A DNA stretch of 64,000 bases, taken from assembly GCF_006345805.1 (NCBI RefSeq), contig NC_043018.1, positions 24,118,001 through 24,182,000 of the forward strand, read 5' to 3'. Position numbers and translations under genes: made by a program. The DNA comes from Octopus sinensis. Its lineage: Eukaryota. Under the pieces are notes generated by a model. The model had not been told where the DNA came from. It was given only the letters and a program-made list of their open reading frames with translations, and did not search any database. Positions 26,101 through 36,154 of this stretch are shown here, one piece after another (position 1 is the first letter of the stretch; every line of letters begins with the position of its first letter).

Positions 26101-27089
26101 GCTGGATGCCTTTTTGCCAACCCTCGCCTGTTTCCAACATTAAACTTTAGATTTATAAAATTTTGGCTATTTTCATCAAGGTCTTGGAAAGTTATGAAAA
26201 TGAGATGTCACTTTTATGAATTCCTCTGAATTCTTACATTGTTATATTTGGGGAATGGTCTTTTTTTTTTTTCCTTTGCCAATTAATCATACACACTATA
26301 TATTCATTCTTCATCACGCATCCTGTGACCGCTTCAGTGACTCCATCTGATGTATCTCCTGGTCTGTTAATTTTCAAATTAAATTCAGAACAAGAGTATG
26401 TCAAATTTTTTAAAAGTACCATCAAGTTTGGTACTTAGTCTTTTTAAATCATTTAACATTCAGATTAATCTCTCAAATATAATTATTTATTCATATAATA
26501 ATCTTAATCCTGTATTATCTTGTAGCTTTGAGATTTTGATGTGATTAGTTTTTAGAAAGACTTTGTAGGGGTAGGTCTGAGCAGCTGGTTTGAACACAAA
26601 ACAGAATATTTGGGCTGGGTATGGCCTGTTTAACCCATTAGCATTCAGATTTCACTCTCGAATGTAATGCTTATTTATTCACATTGCCTTGTAGCGTTTG
26701 AGATTTCAACGATGATTTATTTTTAGAATAATATTATAGGGTAAGTGTGAGAGAGAACAGTCTGAAGGTGAAACCAGTAGATTATTACAGCTGGGTTAAA
26801 TGCCAAAGGTTCAAGTTAGCCAGATCTGGCTTCTCACACCTTCTCTACAATGTCTTTCTAAAAATAGTATCATTGAAATCTTCAAACTCTGAGATACTGT
26901 GCAACTAATTAGAAAACAAATGGGGATAAATAGGAATTACCTGCGATAGAGTAATCTGAATGCTAAAGGGTTAAGACAGATGAATGTGGTTTGAGGGAGA
27001 TAGAGGTTACCATGTCGGCTTAAAGGCCTACATGATTGTGTGTATTCTTACTGTTACTAATTCCTTCTTTTATTCTTTCTTTTTTCAGA
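4627..27089 (+). CDS. KPNB1: Importin subunit beta-1 (karyopherin beta 1), spliced gene, 5'-partial (first ~33 codons upstream of window)
   Basis: 22 exons with GT-AG introns and consistent phases total 2532 nt = 843 aa + stop. Peptides match importin-beta motifs: [125 protein letters not shown]. Confidence 0.97.
5946..6146 (+). CDS. KPNB1: KPNB1 window exon 2 (VLESLGTE...ICQDI)
   Basis: tgcag| ... |gtgagt, 201 nt, phase 0-0. Confidence 0.96.
7399..7475 (+). CDS. KPNB1: KPNB1 window exon 3 ([25 protein letters not shown])
   Basis: ccccag| ... ag|gtaact, 77 nt, phase 0-2. Confidence 0.95.
8412..8487 (+). CDS. KPNB1: KPNB1 window exon 4 ([25 protein letters not shown])
   Basis: tttcag|t ... 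|gtaagt, 76 nt, phase 2-0. Confidence 0.95.
9171..9230 (+). CDS. KPNB1: KPNB1 window exon 5 ([20 protein letters not shown])
   Basis: ttttag| ... |gtaagt, 60 nt. Confidence 0.95.
9322..9411 (+). CDS. KPNB1: KPNB1 window exon 6 ([30 protein letters not shown])
   Basis: ttccag| ... |gtgagt, 90 nt. Confidence 0.96.
9530..9640 (+). CDS. KPNB1: KPNB1 window exon 7 (ITMEAMKSE...AIELSE)
   Basis: gtgtag| ... |gtgagt, 111 nt. Confidence 0.96.
10934..11035 (+). CDS. KPNB1: KPNB1 window exon 8 (ADEEGRPPE...TLTKQ)
   Basis: ttttag| ... |gtatat, 102 nt. Confidence 0.95.
11571..11739 (+). CDS. KPNB1: KPNB1 window exon 9 ([15 protein letters not shown]...VMAF)
   Basis: ttgcag| ... g|gtaggc, 169 nt, phase 0-1. 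Confidence 0.96.
13374..13618 (+). CDS. KPNB1: KPNB1 window exon 10 (SILEGPD...HNVCW)
   Basis: ttgtag|ga ... |gttagt, 245 nt, phase 1-0. Confidence 0.96.
13737..13870 (+). CDS. KPNB1: KPNB1 window exon 11 ([11 protein letters not shown]...LLETTD)
   Basis: ttacag| ... ag|gtaatt, 134 nt, phase 0-2. Confidence 0.95.
14099..14314. mobile_element. piggyBac-type MITE family A (TTAA TSD, CCCTT-type TIR)
   Basis: ttaa-ccgtttagcatt ... tatgaaaggg-ttaa. Other copies at 4319-4513, 8533-8692, 20937-21162, 26444-26974 (three), 31430-31620, ~50885-51130, 61123-61351. Confidence 0.82.
14690..15200 (-). mobile_element. Degenerate Helitron Rep/helicase ORF fragment in a KPNB1 intron
   Basis: Minus-strand translation with stops and frameshifts gives LHYDPAEDY...[27 protein letters not shown], then MPMFKIQ and [13 protein letters not shown]. 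These resemble the N-terminal region of animal Helitron proteins (from memory). Confidence 0.7.
15361..15436 (+). CDS. KPNB1: KPNB1 window exon 12 ([25 protein letters not shown])
   Basis: ctgcag|g ... |gtaaga, 76 nt, phase 2-0. Confidence 0.96.
15979..16050 (+). CDS. KPNB1: KPNB1 window exon 13 ([24 protein letters not shown])
   Basis: ttccag| ... |gtaagt, 72 nt. Confidence 0.96.
17474..17545 (+). CDS. KPNB1: KPNB1 window exon 14 ([24 protein letters not shown])
   Basis: cttcag| ... |gtaagt, 72 nt. Confidence 0.96.
17639..17786 (+). CDS. KPNB1: KPNB1 window exon 15 (SVLRKV...STLVE)
   Basis: ttgtag| ... g|gtgtgt, 148 nt, phase 0-1. Confidence 0.95.
18852..19100 (-). mobile_element. SINE with RTE-type (GAT)n tail
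   Basis: High identity to the copies at 3677, 61925 and 62654. Confidence 0.85.
19310..19392 (+). CDS. KPNB1: KPNB1 window exon 16 ([27 protein letters not shown])
   Basis: ttctag|tt ... |gtctgt, 83 nt, phase 1-0. Confidence 0.95.
19512..19619 (+). CDS. KPNB1: KPNB1 window exon 17 ([15 protein letters not shown]...ENLG)
   Basis: attcag| ... |gtaagt, 108 nt. Confidence 0.96.
20937..21162. mobile_element. piggyBac-type MITE family A, opposite orientation
   Basis: ttaaccctttg ... ctaaagggttaa. Confidence 0.82.
21391..21534 (+). CDS. KPNB1: KPNB1 window exon 18 ([14 protein letters not shown]...AQVDK)
   Basis: tttcag| ... |gtaaag, 144 nt. Confidence 0.96.
22729..22834 (+). CDS. KPNB1: KPNB1 window exon 19 ([35 protein letters not shown])
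   Basis: ttctag| ... c|gtacgt, 106 nt, phase 0-1. Confidence 0.95.
24142..24346 (+). mobile_element. tRNA-derived SINE with Meta/MESC-like core, perfect 14 bp TSD
   Basis: gagctggcagaa...gagttcaaattcc...gtcgactttgcctttcatcctttcggggtcgataaattaagtaccag; TSD gttaaatgatgggc at 24128-24141 and 24347-24360. Confidence 0.9.
24724..24838 (+). CDS. KPNB1: KPNB1 window exon 20 ([12 protein letters not shown]...CCGLI)
   Basis: cttcag|ct ... gg|gtaagt, 115 nt, phase 1-2. Confidence 0.95.
25796..25954 (+). CDS. KPNB1: KPNB1 window exon 21 (DLCAAFG...RKLKNAS + first two bases of stop)
   Basis: ttctag|t ... tct tg|gtaagt, 159 nt; unspliced reading gives W then TAA at 25956-25958. Confidence 0.93.
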
Positions 27090-27623
27090 GCTGCTGAACA
27101 GCCTGGCATGGTCAAATGAGAATAGGACCACAGGTCTTAAGTCGTCAGCGGTGGCGGCAGTCTCAACTCGTTTGAATGAGTGTGAGCGTGAGTGAAATCA
27201 TCTCATCAAACTGTCACAATCCCCGGCAGGCACCTACCTACCTCCCCGACAAGACATCTTGAAGGGGCAGTCAATCCCCAGACCCTCCCTCCCTCTGCTA
27301 CCAAATGGCTTACTACCAGCCGATAAGTTGAATATTAGTGATGCTTAAATTTCTACTTAGGCAAAAGAAAAAATTTAAAAACCCAGCTCTCGTATTTGGG
27401 ACTTGAAGGAAAGATTTTATAAAATGAAACCATAATTTTGATACTATTATTATTATTAATTCAAAATTTACTTCATTTTTTTTTTTTTTTTTTTTTAATA
27501 TACACTTGTTAGGCTCCAGCTCTCTTTTATTGTTGTTATGTTGTTGTTGACCCATTCTAGTGTTGTACTTTATGTATTCAACAACTGAAAAGGGAAACTC
27601 CAAAAGAAGAAAAAAAAAAGTGA

Positions 27624-27629
27624 AATAAA
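27624..27629 (+). terminator. Candidate proximal poly(A) signal of KPNB1
   Basis: AATAAA, followed by ATTAAA (27640-27645) and a U-rich stretch (gtctttcttttcc...catttttcttgtt). Confidence 0.45.
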
Positions 27630-29659
27630 CGGGCTGCATATTAAAGTCTTTCTTTTCCAAATCCCATTTTTCTTGTTAAATCTGTGAGAGACTCAAATTT
27701 GCTCATTATTATTATTATTATTATTTATTATTCTTAAGAAATTGTTATCTCTTTAAGTTGTCTTATTATTATCCTTATATACTTATTGTATAGTGGATTT
27801 TAATGGAAAAATATTCTCCTCCCAGCTGTGTCTGTCGTTATGGTGACAGAAGTTCCTGAGGAGACGGTGGAGAAGATTGAGGAGAACACTCAGCAATTTG
27901 CAAGAAATTGATGTCCAGACTTGTGTTACCTCCACTGTCATGGAGTTACGTATTTGAAGTAGTTTGATGGACCTAGAAGCTATATGATATTGCTGTTTGA
28001 CACTGGCACCACGACATAGCTAATGATGCCTGTTTATGCCTTATGTGTCGCATTTTTTTTTCTCTCTCTCCTCTATTTCAAAATAGTTTTGAAGGTTTTC
28101 CCACCACCATCACCCCTTCTGTTCATTCATAAACGCACGACCTCGTTAGAAAATTGGTCAGAGGGTACAAAATAGTTCTGGAATGTTTTCCTACCATCTA
28201 TAGCATTGTTCCTTCTACAGGCAGGCTTGCTTTGCTTGCCTGGAATTGCAGTGATAATAATCTTCAACTTAGAAAAAACTTGGAGCAAGAGAAAGGTGCC
28301 TGCCCAGCAGCTCTGGAGGAGTTTAGGTGTCGTCTGTGCCTTCACACTGCCGCAGTACTTTAATGTATTGCTGCTCTAACCTGCCAACATGGACTGCTGT
28401 ATGAAGAGTCAGTTCTTGTCAGTAAGCAACTAATATGAAAAGGATTTTTAGGGCTTGCCTCATTAGGCTGCAAAAGGATATGTGTGCACATAAATATATG
28501 TGTGTGTGTGTATATGTATGTCTGTGTATATGTGTGTTGTGTACACATATAATTCTCAGTATTATCTCATTAGAATCTGCGACTAGGTTCTGTGTGAAAG
28601 AAAGAAGAAAATAATACTTGAGTAGGTACTAGAAGGGTGGGACAAAAAGGTTACACAAAATTGCCTAATATTGGTGGGTTTTTTTCCTCTTCCAAAATTT
28701 AACAACTGAGCTTCAAATATCCTATGAGTTGCCAACCCAATGCAAGGACTATAGAGAAATTGCTGTTATTCAGTAGCCCCAGATATCCATGTGTGTGTGC
28801 ATGTATGTAAGCGTCTAGAAATTGCATGTACCAAGCTTAAAGATTTAAAAGCAAAAAAAAAAATACAAACAAAAGGAAGAAAAAAAAAAAACAGGAAAAA
28901 CAGAAAAGAAAAAAGATGTGGAATTAAAAAGAAAAAAAAACACAAACTCAACCTCTTCAGACTTAATTATGTTTAACTTTCAGCTATTGTAATTTAGTAA
29001 TCTAATTTTAAACTGCTGCATTTAAAAAACAAACAAAAAAATTGTTTATTTTTTTATTTACATTTTTTTAAAAATTTATTTTAGATTGTAAAGCTTGGTA
29101 CATGCAGCTTCCCTTTAAGTCTACAGCACAAGCTTAGCTGTGAAATGTCTTTTTCCTTCCCTCTCCTTTTTTCTTTCTATGCCACACTTTTTTTTTTTTA
29201 GTTTAAATGTCTCCTCATATTTCTGTCCTAAATTTTTTTTTTTTTTTTTTGTAAATTATCACTTATTTTGCATGTGCTTGCAATGATTTCTGTAGTAATT
29301 TTCTTTCCCTGAATGTTTTTTTTTTATAAATACTTACGTTTCCTTGCAAACAGCTATGTTGAGAAAGTATATATTAATTTGTGGCAAAGAAGAAAAAAAT
29401 TTTTTTTTAATGGGTTAGATGCATTTGAACAGCCACTCTCTATGATTGAAAAGTAAAACAAAACAAAAAAAAAAACTGCCCCTGGGTTCAAGTATCTGTC
29501 CCCAGTCCCTTCCTTTATTTCCCTACCTCCTTCCCTCCCGGCCCTATCCTACCCTCCTGGTTTTTAAAAGAAAATACAAATTATTGATGAGTTTTCTGTT
29601 TGTTTCTATTTTTCTTTTCCTAATGTTATTTTCCAAACCTGTGTGCTGTGTAAATCTAT

Positions 29660-29665
29660 AATAAA
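29660..29665 (+). terminator. Candidate distal poly(A) signal of KPNB1
   Basis: AATAAA followed by U-rich sequence; repeat-rich DNA resumes immediately after (~29720). Confidence 0.65.
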
Positions 29666-31689
29666 TCAGCAGATTACTACATTTGTCTCTTTAATTCTTT
29701 AGATTATCATTAGAGTATATATATATATATATGTCTATGTCTATGAGCAGGGCATAGCTGTGTAGTCTTCAGGTTCAATTAGGCAGTATGATACCTGAAG
29801 CACTGTTTTTTACTACATTATGTATGTATGTGTATATATATATATTCAATAATAAATTAAAAGCACCACTAGTATTGTAGACATTATCATCTACACATAC
29901 TCAGTGTGTTTTTTGTTTGCTTTCTGGTTCACTGTGGTGAAGCCACTGAAAGACTTCATTGTTCTGGGTGTTGAAGCACCTGAAAGTCATAGGCAGGTGA
30001 GATAACTCGTTCCCAGGTTCCATTCGGGAGTGATGAATACTGATAATCCCTGGACCGACCAAAACCTTACGAGTGTTAGGTTTCGTGGATGGAAACTGAA
30101 AGAAGCCCATTATGTGTGTATTTGTCGTCACTGCTAATTGTAAATAACTGTGATAGTTATATATAAGCAGCATCATTTGTAATCTTGTGAAAATATTTGG
30201 CCATCAAGCTGTTTTTAAATTGAAAAGGTCTACTTAGAAACAGGTGAATGTTGGCAACAGTATTGAAGTATTTGATCTGTCCTTGGGAACATGGAGAACT
30301 GAGCATTGATAAATATCAATGTGTATGAACATGTGGTCAAACAATGGCTTTGTGGTCAAGAAGTTCCCTTTGTAACAATGTGGATTCAGGTTTCATCTAT
30401 TTGACACCTTGAATGAATGTCTTCTAAAGCCTTTAGCATTGTTGCTGTTGGGACAGTGGTAAGATATTTACATCTAATGTCCTATGTATCATCACTTTCA
30501 ATGTGTGACAACTAGCAGAATTTAAAAAAATCTTTAAAACAAGAACATATGACCACAGAATGCTACCTTGATATGTCTTGTCCAACCCATGTCAGCATGG
30601 AAAAACACAATGCTGATTTTATGCATATATGTATATTATAACATGCCTGTATGTTCCATGCTTGTATGATAGGTGGTACTTTTATATGACTGGATGCTTT
30701 CCCTGTCACCAATCTATGCCTCTTTCCAGGTAAGGTAATATTTTCCTTTGGCTAAACAGGTTTTAACAGAAGACTAGAAACAACTATCATGATGTCAAGA
30801 CAAGGGGTCACACACGATGAGCTCCTTTTAGTTTTCATTCATCACGTCCACTCAAGACTTTGGTTTGGCCCAGGGCTGTAGTCACTGACATCACGAATCT
30901 TTCTTGTTTATCCCCTCTTCCCTTTCCCCCCTCACAGACCTATAACTTATTGGGTTGGGGAGGTAAAATTCTTCTCTTTGTACACATGTGATTAGGGATG
31001 GGTGTTGAAGGAAAGTTATTGGTTGATGTACCAATGTTTGGCTCAATAGTCCCATGAAAATACAGTAAGGAGTTTAGGCATTGTTATTAATGTACAATAT
31101 GCTGAGAGACTAGCTCTTGGCATGGGGATCTTGCGGGCAGGATCCCCTGCGGGCAGGATCCCCATACGATTAGTAAGTTTGAACCTATACAAGAAAGACA
31201 ATTTAAAAAGAACACTGGACATGACTATTGTGGTACCATTTCCCTTGGCAGGGACAGTGGGATCGTCCAGGCTTTGACTATTGAGTGCCTGCCGTTCATG
31301 CGTTGTTGTACGACAAGGTATTTAGTGGGACCGCCCAATTAAAACAAAGGGAAGACTAGACAGTCTGTAAAGAACAAAATGAAGTTTGGTGTCGCTGGGA
31401 GTAGAGTACCTGAGTTGTCCTTGAACTCTAGCATTTAAACTGGCCATATTCAGCCCAAATATTCTGCTTGTTCAAACCGGTTGGATTCGACCTGTTGCAC
31501 ATACCCTATAATGTCTTTTAAAAAGCATCAAAATCTCAAAGCTATAAGATAATAACATGATTAATTGAAAACAATGGGAATAAGTAAGCATTGTATTTAA
31601 CAGAATAATCTAAATGTTAAAGAGAGTGAGTAGAAAATTGGTCTGAACACAACCTGACGAGAACATTTCATAATGCCTTACCAAAATAA

Positions 31690-31870
31690 CGGCTGTCTGT
31701 TGCAAATCCAGTTTTTGTTTTGTATCCAAATCAAAGAGGCAACAACATATGACAAACAAGTGCCTTTATGGAAACCTGCTAAAAGTTAGCAGGGAGATCA
31801 GGCGAAGATGGCTGCAATTATCTGGTCACTGCAGGTGCCACTCTCAACTGGAAATATCCAAACTGGCCAA
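31690..31870 (+). mobile_element. LINE reverse-transcriptase C-terminal remnant
   Basis: QQHMTNKCLYGNLLKVSREIRRRWLQLSGHCRCHSQLEISKL resembles the non-LTR RT thumb motif TN..LYG.L..VS..IR.RRL..AGHC. Confidence 0.65.
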
Positions 31871-32429
31871 AATATTCTATTTTAGGTCAAAACTTTGCCA
31901 GACTCAGCTTCTCTCACCTATCCTTACCTTGTATTCTTTCACTTGTTTTGGTCATTTTGCTGTGGCCATGCTGTAGCATTGCCTTACAGGGTTTTTTAGT
32001 TGAAGAAATCGACCCCAGGACTCATTCTATCGGTCTGTTTTGCCGAACTGCTAAATTACGGGGATGTAAGCACACCAATGTCGGTCAAGTGATGATGGGG
32101 ACACACTGACATGCACAGTGAGTCTCAGTTTCCTACCAAATCCATTCACAAAGCTTTGGTCGGCCCATGGTTATAGAAGACACCACGCAGTGGGACTGAA
32201 CACAGAATCGCGTGGTTGGGAAGTAAGCTTCTTACCACACAGCCACGCCTGCACTTAGCAACATTCACATCATCCAAATCTCTATGGTAATGTGTGATTA
32301 ATTAAAAAAAAATATAAATTTTAAAAAGCATTACTTTTGACAGTAATTTGAATGCCAAAGGGTTAAAGATTTTAGGAAGCTAAGTTTGACTCTGTCCCAG
32401 TGTCCTCTGGGAAGTGCTGACAGACAGCT

Positions 32430-33040
32430 TACTCTCTCTCTTTTACTTGTTTCAATCATTTGACTGCGGCCATGCTGGAGCACTGCCTTTAGTCAAGCAA
32501 ATTGACCCCGGGACTTATTCTTTGTAAGCCAAGTACTTATTCTATTGGTCTCTTTTGCTGAACCGCTAAGTGACAGGGACGTAAACACACCAGCATCGGT
32601 TGTCAAGCAATGCTAGGGGCACAAACACACAAACATATATGCACACATACATATATATACGACAGGCTTCTTTCAGTTTCTGTCTACCAAATCCACTCAC
32701 AAGGCTTTGGTTAGCCCAAGGCTATATAGTAGAAGACACTTGCCACACAGCCCAGTACTTATTCTATCGGTCTCTTTTTTGCCGAACCGCTAAGTGACGG
32801 GGACATAAACACGCCAGCTTCGGTTGTCAAGCAATGCTAGGGGCACAAACATACACGCACATATATATATATATATACGACAGGCTTCTTTCAGTTTCCG
32901 TCAACCAAATCCACTCACAAGGCATTGGTCGGCCCGAGGCTATAGCAGAAGACACTTGCCCACGATGCCACACAGTGTGACTGAACTCAGAATCATGTGG
33001 TTGGTAAGCAAGCTACTTACCACACAGCCACTCCTGTGCC
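32430..33040 (-). mobile_element. Bipartite CORE-like SINE with internal tandem duplication
   Basis: The segment agtacttattcta...acgacaggcttctttcagtttc...gacacttgcc occurs twice in succession. Confidence 0.8.
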
Positions 33041-33457
33041 TTTAGACAAAGTTTCTAATCTGAAACAAGAAACCACTCTTACAAGTTATTTCACCTTGCT
33101 ACATCATGGCGTAGTTGTTAGAGTGTTGGACTCCCGATTGTAAGAGTGCAGTTTCAATTCCTGGCTAGAGCAACGCATTGTGTTTTTGAGCAAAGCACTT
33201 CATTTCACATTAAAACTAAGTAATCCTGCAATGAACCAGGAATATATATGCTGGAGAAGCCAGGAAACCAGCCCTATGCCTGTTATGGAGGAATAGTCTC
33301 TTTTTACTCTTTTACGTGTTTGTCATTTGACTGTGGCCATGCTGGAGCACCGCCTTTAGCCGAGCAAACAATGTAAACTAACCAACCACATCAACACCAA
33401 GGTACTGGCCTGCACTTCCATTGAGCCTTTTATGAAACTTGTAGAGTATGACATAGT

Positions 33458-33810
33458 GGAGGCGCAATGGCCCAGTGGTTAGGGCAGCGGACTCACGGTC
33501 ATGATTCCCAGACCGGGCGTTGTAAGTGTTTATTGAGCGAAAACACCTAAAAGCTCCACGAGGCTCCAGCAGGGACGTTGGTAATCCCTGCTGTACTCTT
33601 TCACCACAACTTTCTCTCACTCTTACTTCCTGTTTCTGTTGTACCTGTATTTCAAAGGGCTGGCCTTGTCACGCTGAATGTCCCCGAGAACTACGTTAAG
33701 GGTACACGTGTCTGTGGAGTGCTCAGCCACTTGCACGTTAATTTCACGAGCAGGCTGTTCCGTTGATTCGGATCAACTGGAACACTCGTCGTAACCGACG
33801 GAGTGCTTCC
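33458..33810 (+). mobile_element. Further tRNA-derived SINE family (intact-looking copy)
   Basis: ggaggcgcaatggcccagtggttagggcagcggactc head; related copies at 33105, 36435, 41090 (-) and 43287/43750 (-). Confidence 0.75.
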
Positions 33811-34323
33811 AGAGTATGACATGACTAATATCTTTCGTAGTTAGATTAAATGTAAGGTTAGTTTGAAAGTGTTTCCTTAACTAATGGTTTTATAGCTTAA
33901 AAAGTACTAGTGTTAGTGGAGTTGTCAGACTAAAAGAGCTGAGCTTCGTGCATGCTGTAGCATGGTCTTACAAGAAGCTTCTGTCCTAAGATACTGCAAC
34001 TGAATGGAGCATATAGCAAGGAGATTACTGGAAGTAAGCAGGAACAACAATGGCTCAAAGATATTGAACTGAGCACTGCAAGTGAAATGAACTAGTTGTA
34101 TTTACAGTGTATGAGGGCATGGCTAAATATCAGACAAGGGAAAGAATGTAAATCTTGTTCAACACTTTCAAATCAAAGGAAGACTGATTAAAAATCAATT
34201 CAAATTTTTTTTTTTTTCCTTTTTATTAAAAAAAATTTATATTTTAAATTATCTCAGTTAGAAAGTCAAACTTGGGGGGCAAAATATTGGTGGTATACAT
34301 ACACACATATATATATGTATATA

Positions 34324-34366
<43 letters not shown>

Positions 34367-35764
34367 CTGTTTACAACTTGTTTGATACTGCAGATAAATG
34401 TGTCATTTTACAATGTAGTTCTTGATTTAAGGAGACGGGATGTACCTAGCTAGAACTTTCCTTATAGGTCTATTGAATTAAGGCTTAACTGAGAGACAAA
34501 GCAACAAATCTGGCTGGCCTTGTACATCTAACTACAAAAATGGTGCCACAAATAATGCATCTTATAACTAAGCAGCAGGAACACTGCATTTTGCTTGTTT
34601 CGGAGAGTATATAAATGACATTCTCCCTCAATGTATCACTGGTACATTGTGATTTAAAGTAAGAGAGTAGGTGTTGCCATGTTCAGTTTGGTGCTTGACT
34701 TCACAACACTATACTGAAAACCATTTGCAAATACATTGTTTCAATGTTATTCCCACAACACGGAATCAAGGACCAGTGTCTTCTACCTCAACCTTGGGTT
34801 AACCAAAACTTTGAGTGGAATTTGGTAGGCAGAGGGACAGTACCTGTTGTAGGGTGTTAGGCAATCTGTCACCTAGCTTTTTTAAACACCTAGTCCTTTC
34901 TGTTAAAAATAGTCTAGTAAGAAGATAGCTTCTGTTTTTCTCTACTATCCTTGTAATCTGTAAAAAAAAAAAAAAAAAAGGATCGACGATACTGCTTGTT
35001 CTCTTTGAAGCATTATTGTATTCAATTTCCTTGGAACTAGGGCCTTGAAACAAGATCTGTCCACCTCGTTAAATATCTTTTAACCAGGTCTGCAACACTA
35101 ATTTTTTACGAGTGTTTGAGGGCCAGTGCTTATCACTGCTTTCATGGTGCAACGAAAATGCGAAAACCTCCTCTCCTGGCAGGGTTGCTAGTCAACAGCA
35201 GACAATATTCCCATGTGACCCAACAGCTAGGTGAAGTAGAATATTGCAGAATAACATGATCAATGAAGAAATCCTGCGAAATACTTGCTGCAAATTCGAA
35301 CCCCTCAGCCTATGAGCATGGCCACCACACTTGTGAACACTAACAATGAAGCTTCTATGTGGCCAGTCACTGAACTTGCTCACAATGGTTTCTGAATTAA
35401 GCACAAGGCCAGCAATTTTAAGAGGTGCTAGATGATGCCATCAACCTCTGCACTTGATGGGTACTTTATCGATTCTCAGAAGGATGAAGGACAAAGTTGA
35501 CCTCTATGGGACTTGAACTCAGAATGTAAAGAGCCAGAAAACATGCCACTAAGCATTTTGTTCAATGCTCTAATGATTCTGCAAACCCACTATCCTCAAC
35601 CCTGCCCATCATAGCAGCCAAATAATCCCCAAATCACACCTGTTTAAAAAAAATTGCTGAATGGATGGTCATAGCTGGAAGGACTTTGATCCAAACTCTG
35701 TTCAATCAGTGTTGATCTGGGGTTAAATGAAGTCAAAAGCAAACAGCGGGCTTCATGATCAGAA

Positions 35765-36154
35765 TTAAAAAACTGAGTTGAGCTGATGCAGCAGATTTTG
35801 AACTTCCTTTTGGCATTCCAGTTGCTCTGTATCAACCAAACTCTCTAATACAATCCTCAGTCTGTTTAGATCAAAGACAGAATGGCATTTGTTGTTCAAA
35901 GGGACAAAATGTTCCTGAAACTCTAAATCTGCATTTGGATGCTGTGATACTTCAGCTGAAGTGTTCCCTGTCATCTCTTTCTGTTCTTCCTTTTGTGACC
36001 CCTTGATTTTACAATGTCCAACTCCACGGTCACACTCCTCATTTGTGCTACATATGTCCGATTGACTCAGAAACTGAAGATGTTTGGTGCCAATGTTGTT
36101 GCAAAGTTCAAAGAAGTCTGTGTAGTCGGAACCTGTGAGAGATTTCAGCACCAC
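35765..36154 (-). CDS. JMJD4: JMJD4 exon 7 (VVLKSLTG...LNSVF*)
   Basis: tgtcag| ... TAA 35767-35765, 390 nt. Confidence 0.9.
   Translation of the reverse strand: MVLKSLTGSDYTDFFELCNNIGTKHLQFLSQSDICSTNEECDRGVGHCKIKGSQKEEQKEMTGNTSAEVSQHPNADLEFQEHFVPLNNKCHSVFDLNRLRIVLESLVDTEQLECQKEVQNLLHQLNSVF

Larger units (their letters stand above)
27089..29685 (+). other. KPNB1: KPNB1 terminal exon (A of TGA stop + ~2.6 kb 3' UTR)
   Basis: Long pyrimidine tract ending tttttcag (27088). The next base A completes TG|A. The region to ~29.7 kb has no recognisable SINE/MITE, carries many U/A tracts and ends after AATAAA 29660-29665. Confidence 0.75.

Noticed and set aside
33458-33530. tRNA-like heads (A and B boxes) here and at 24142, 36435, 48655 and elsewhere
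   Set aside because: No complete cloverleaf or acceptor stem; each continues into a SINE body.
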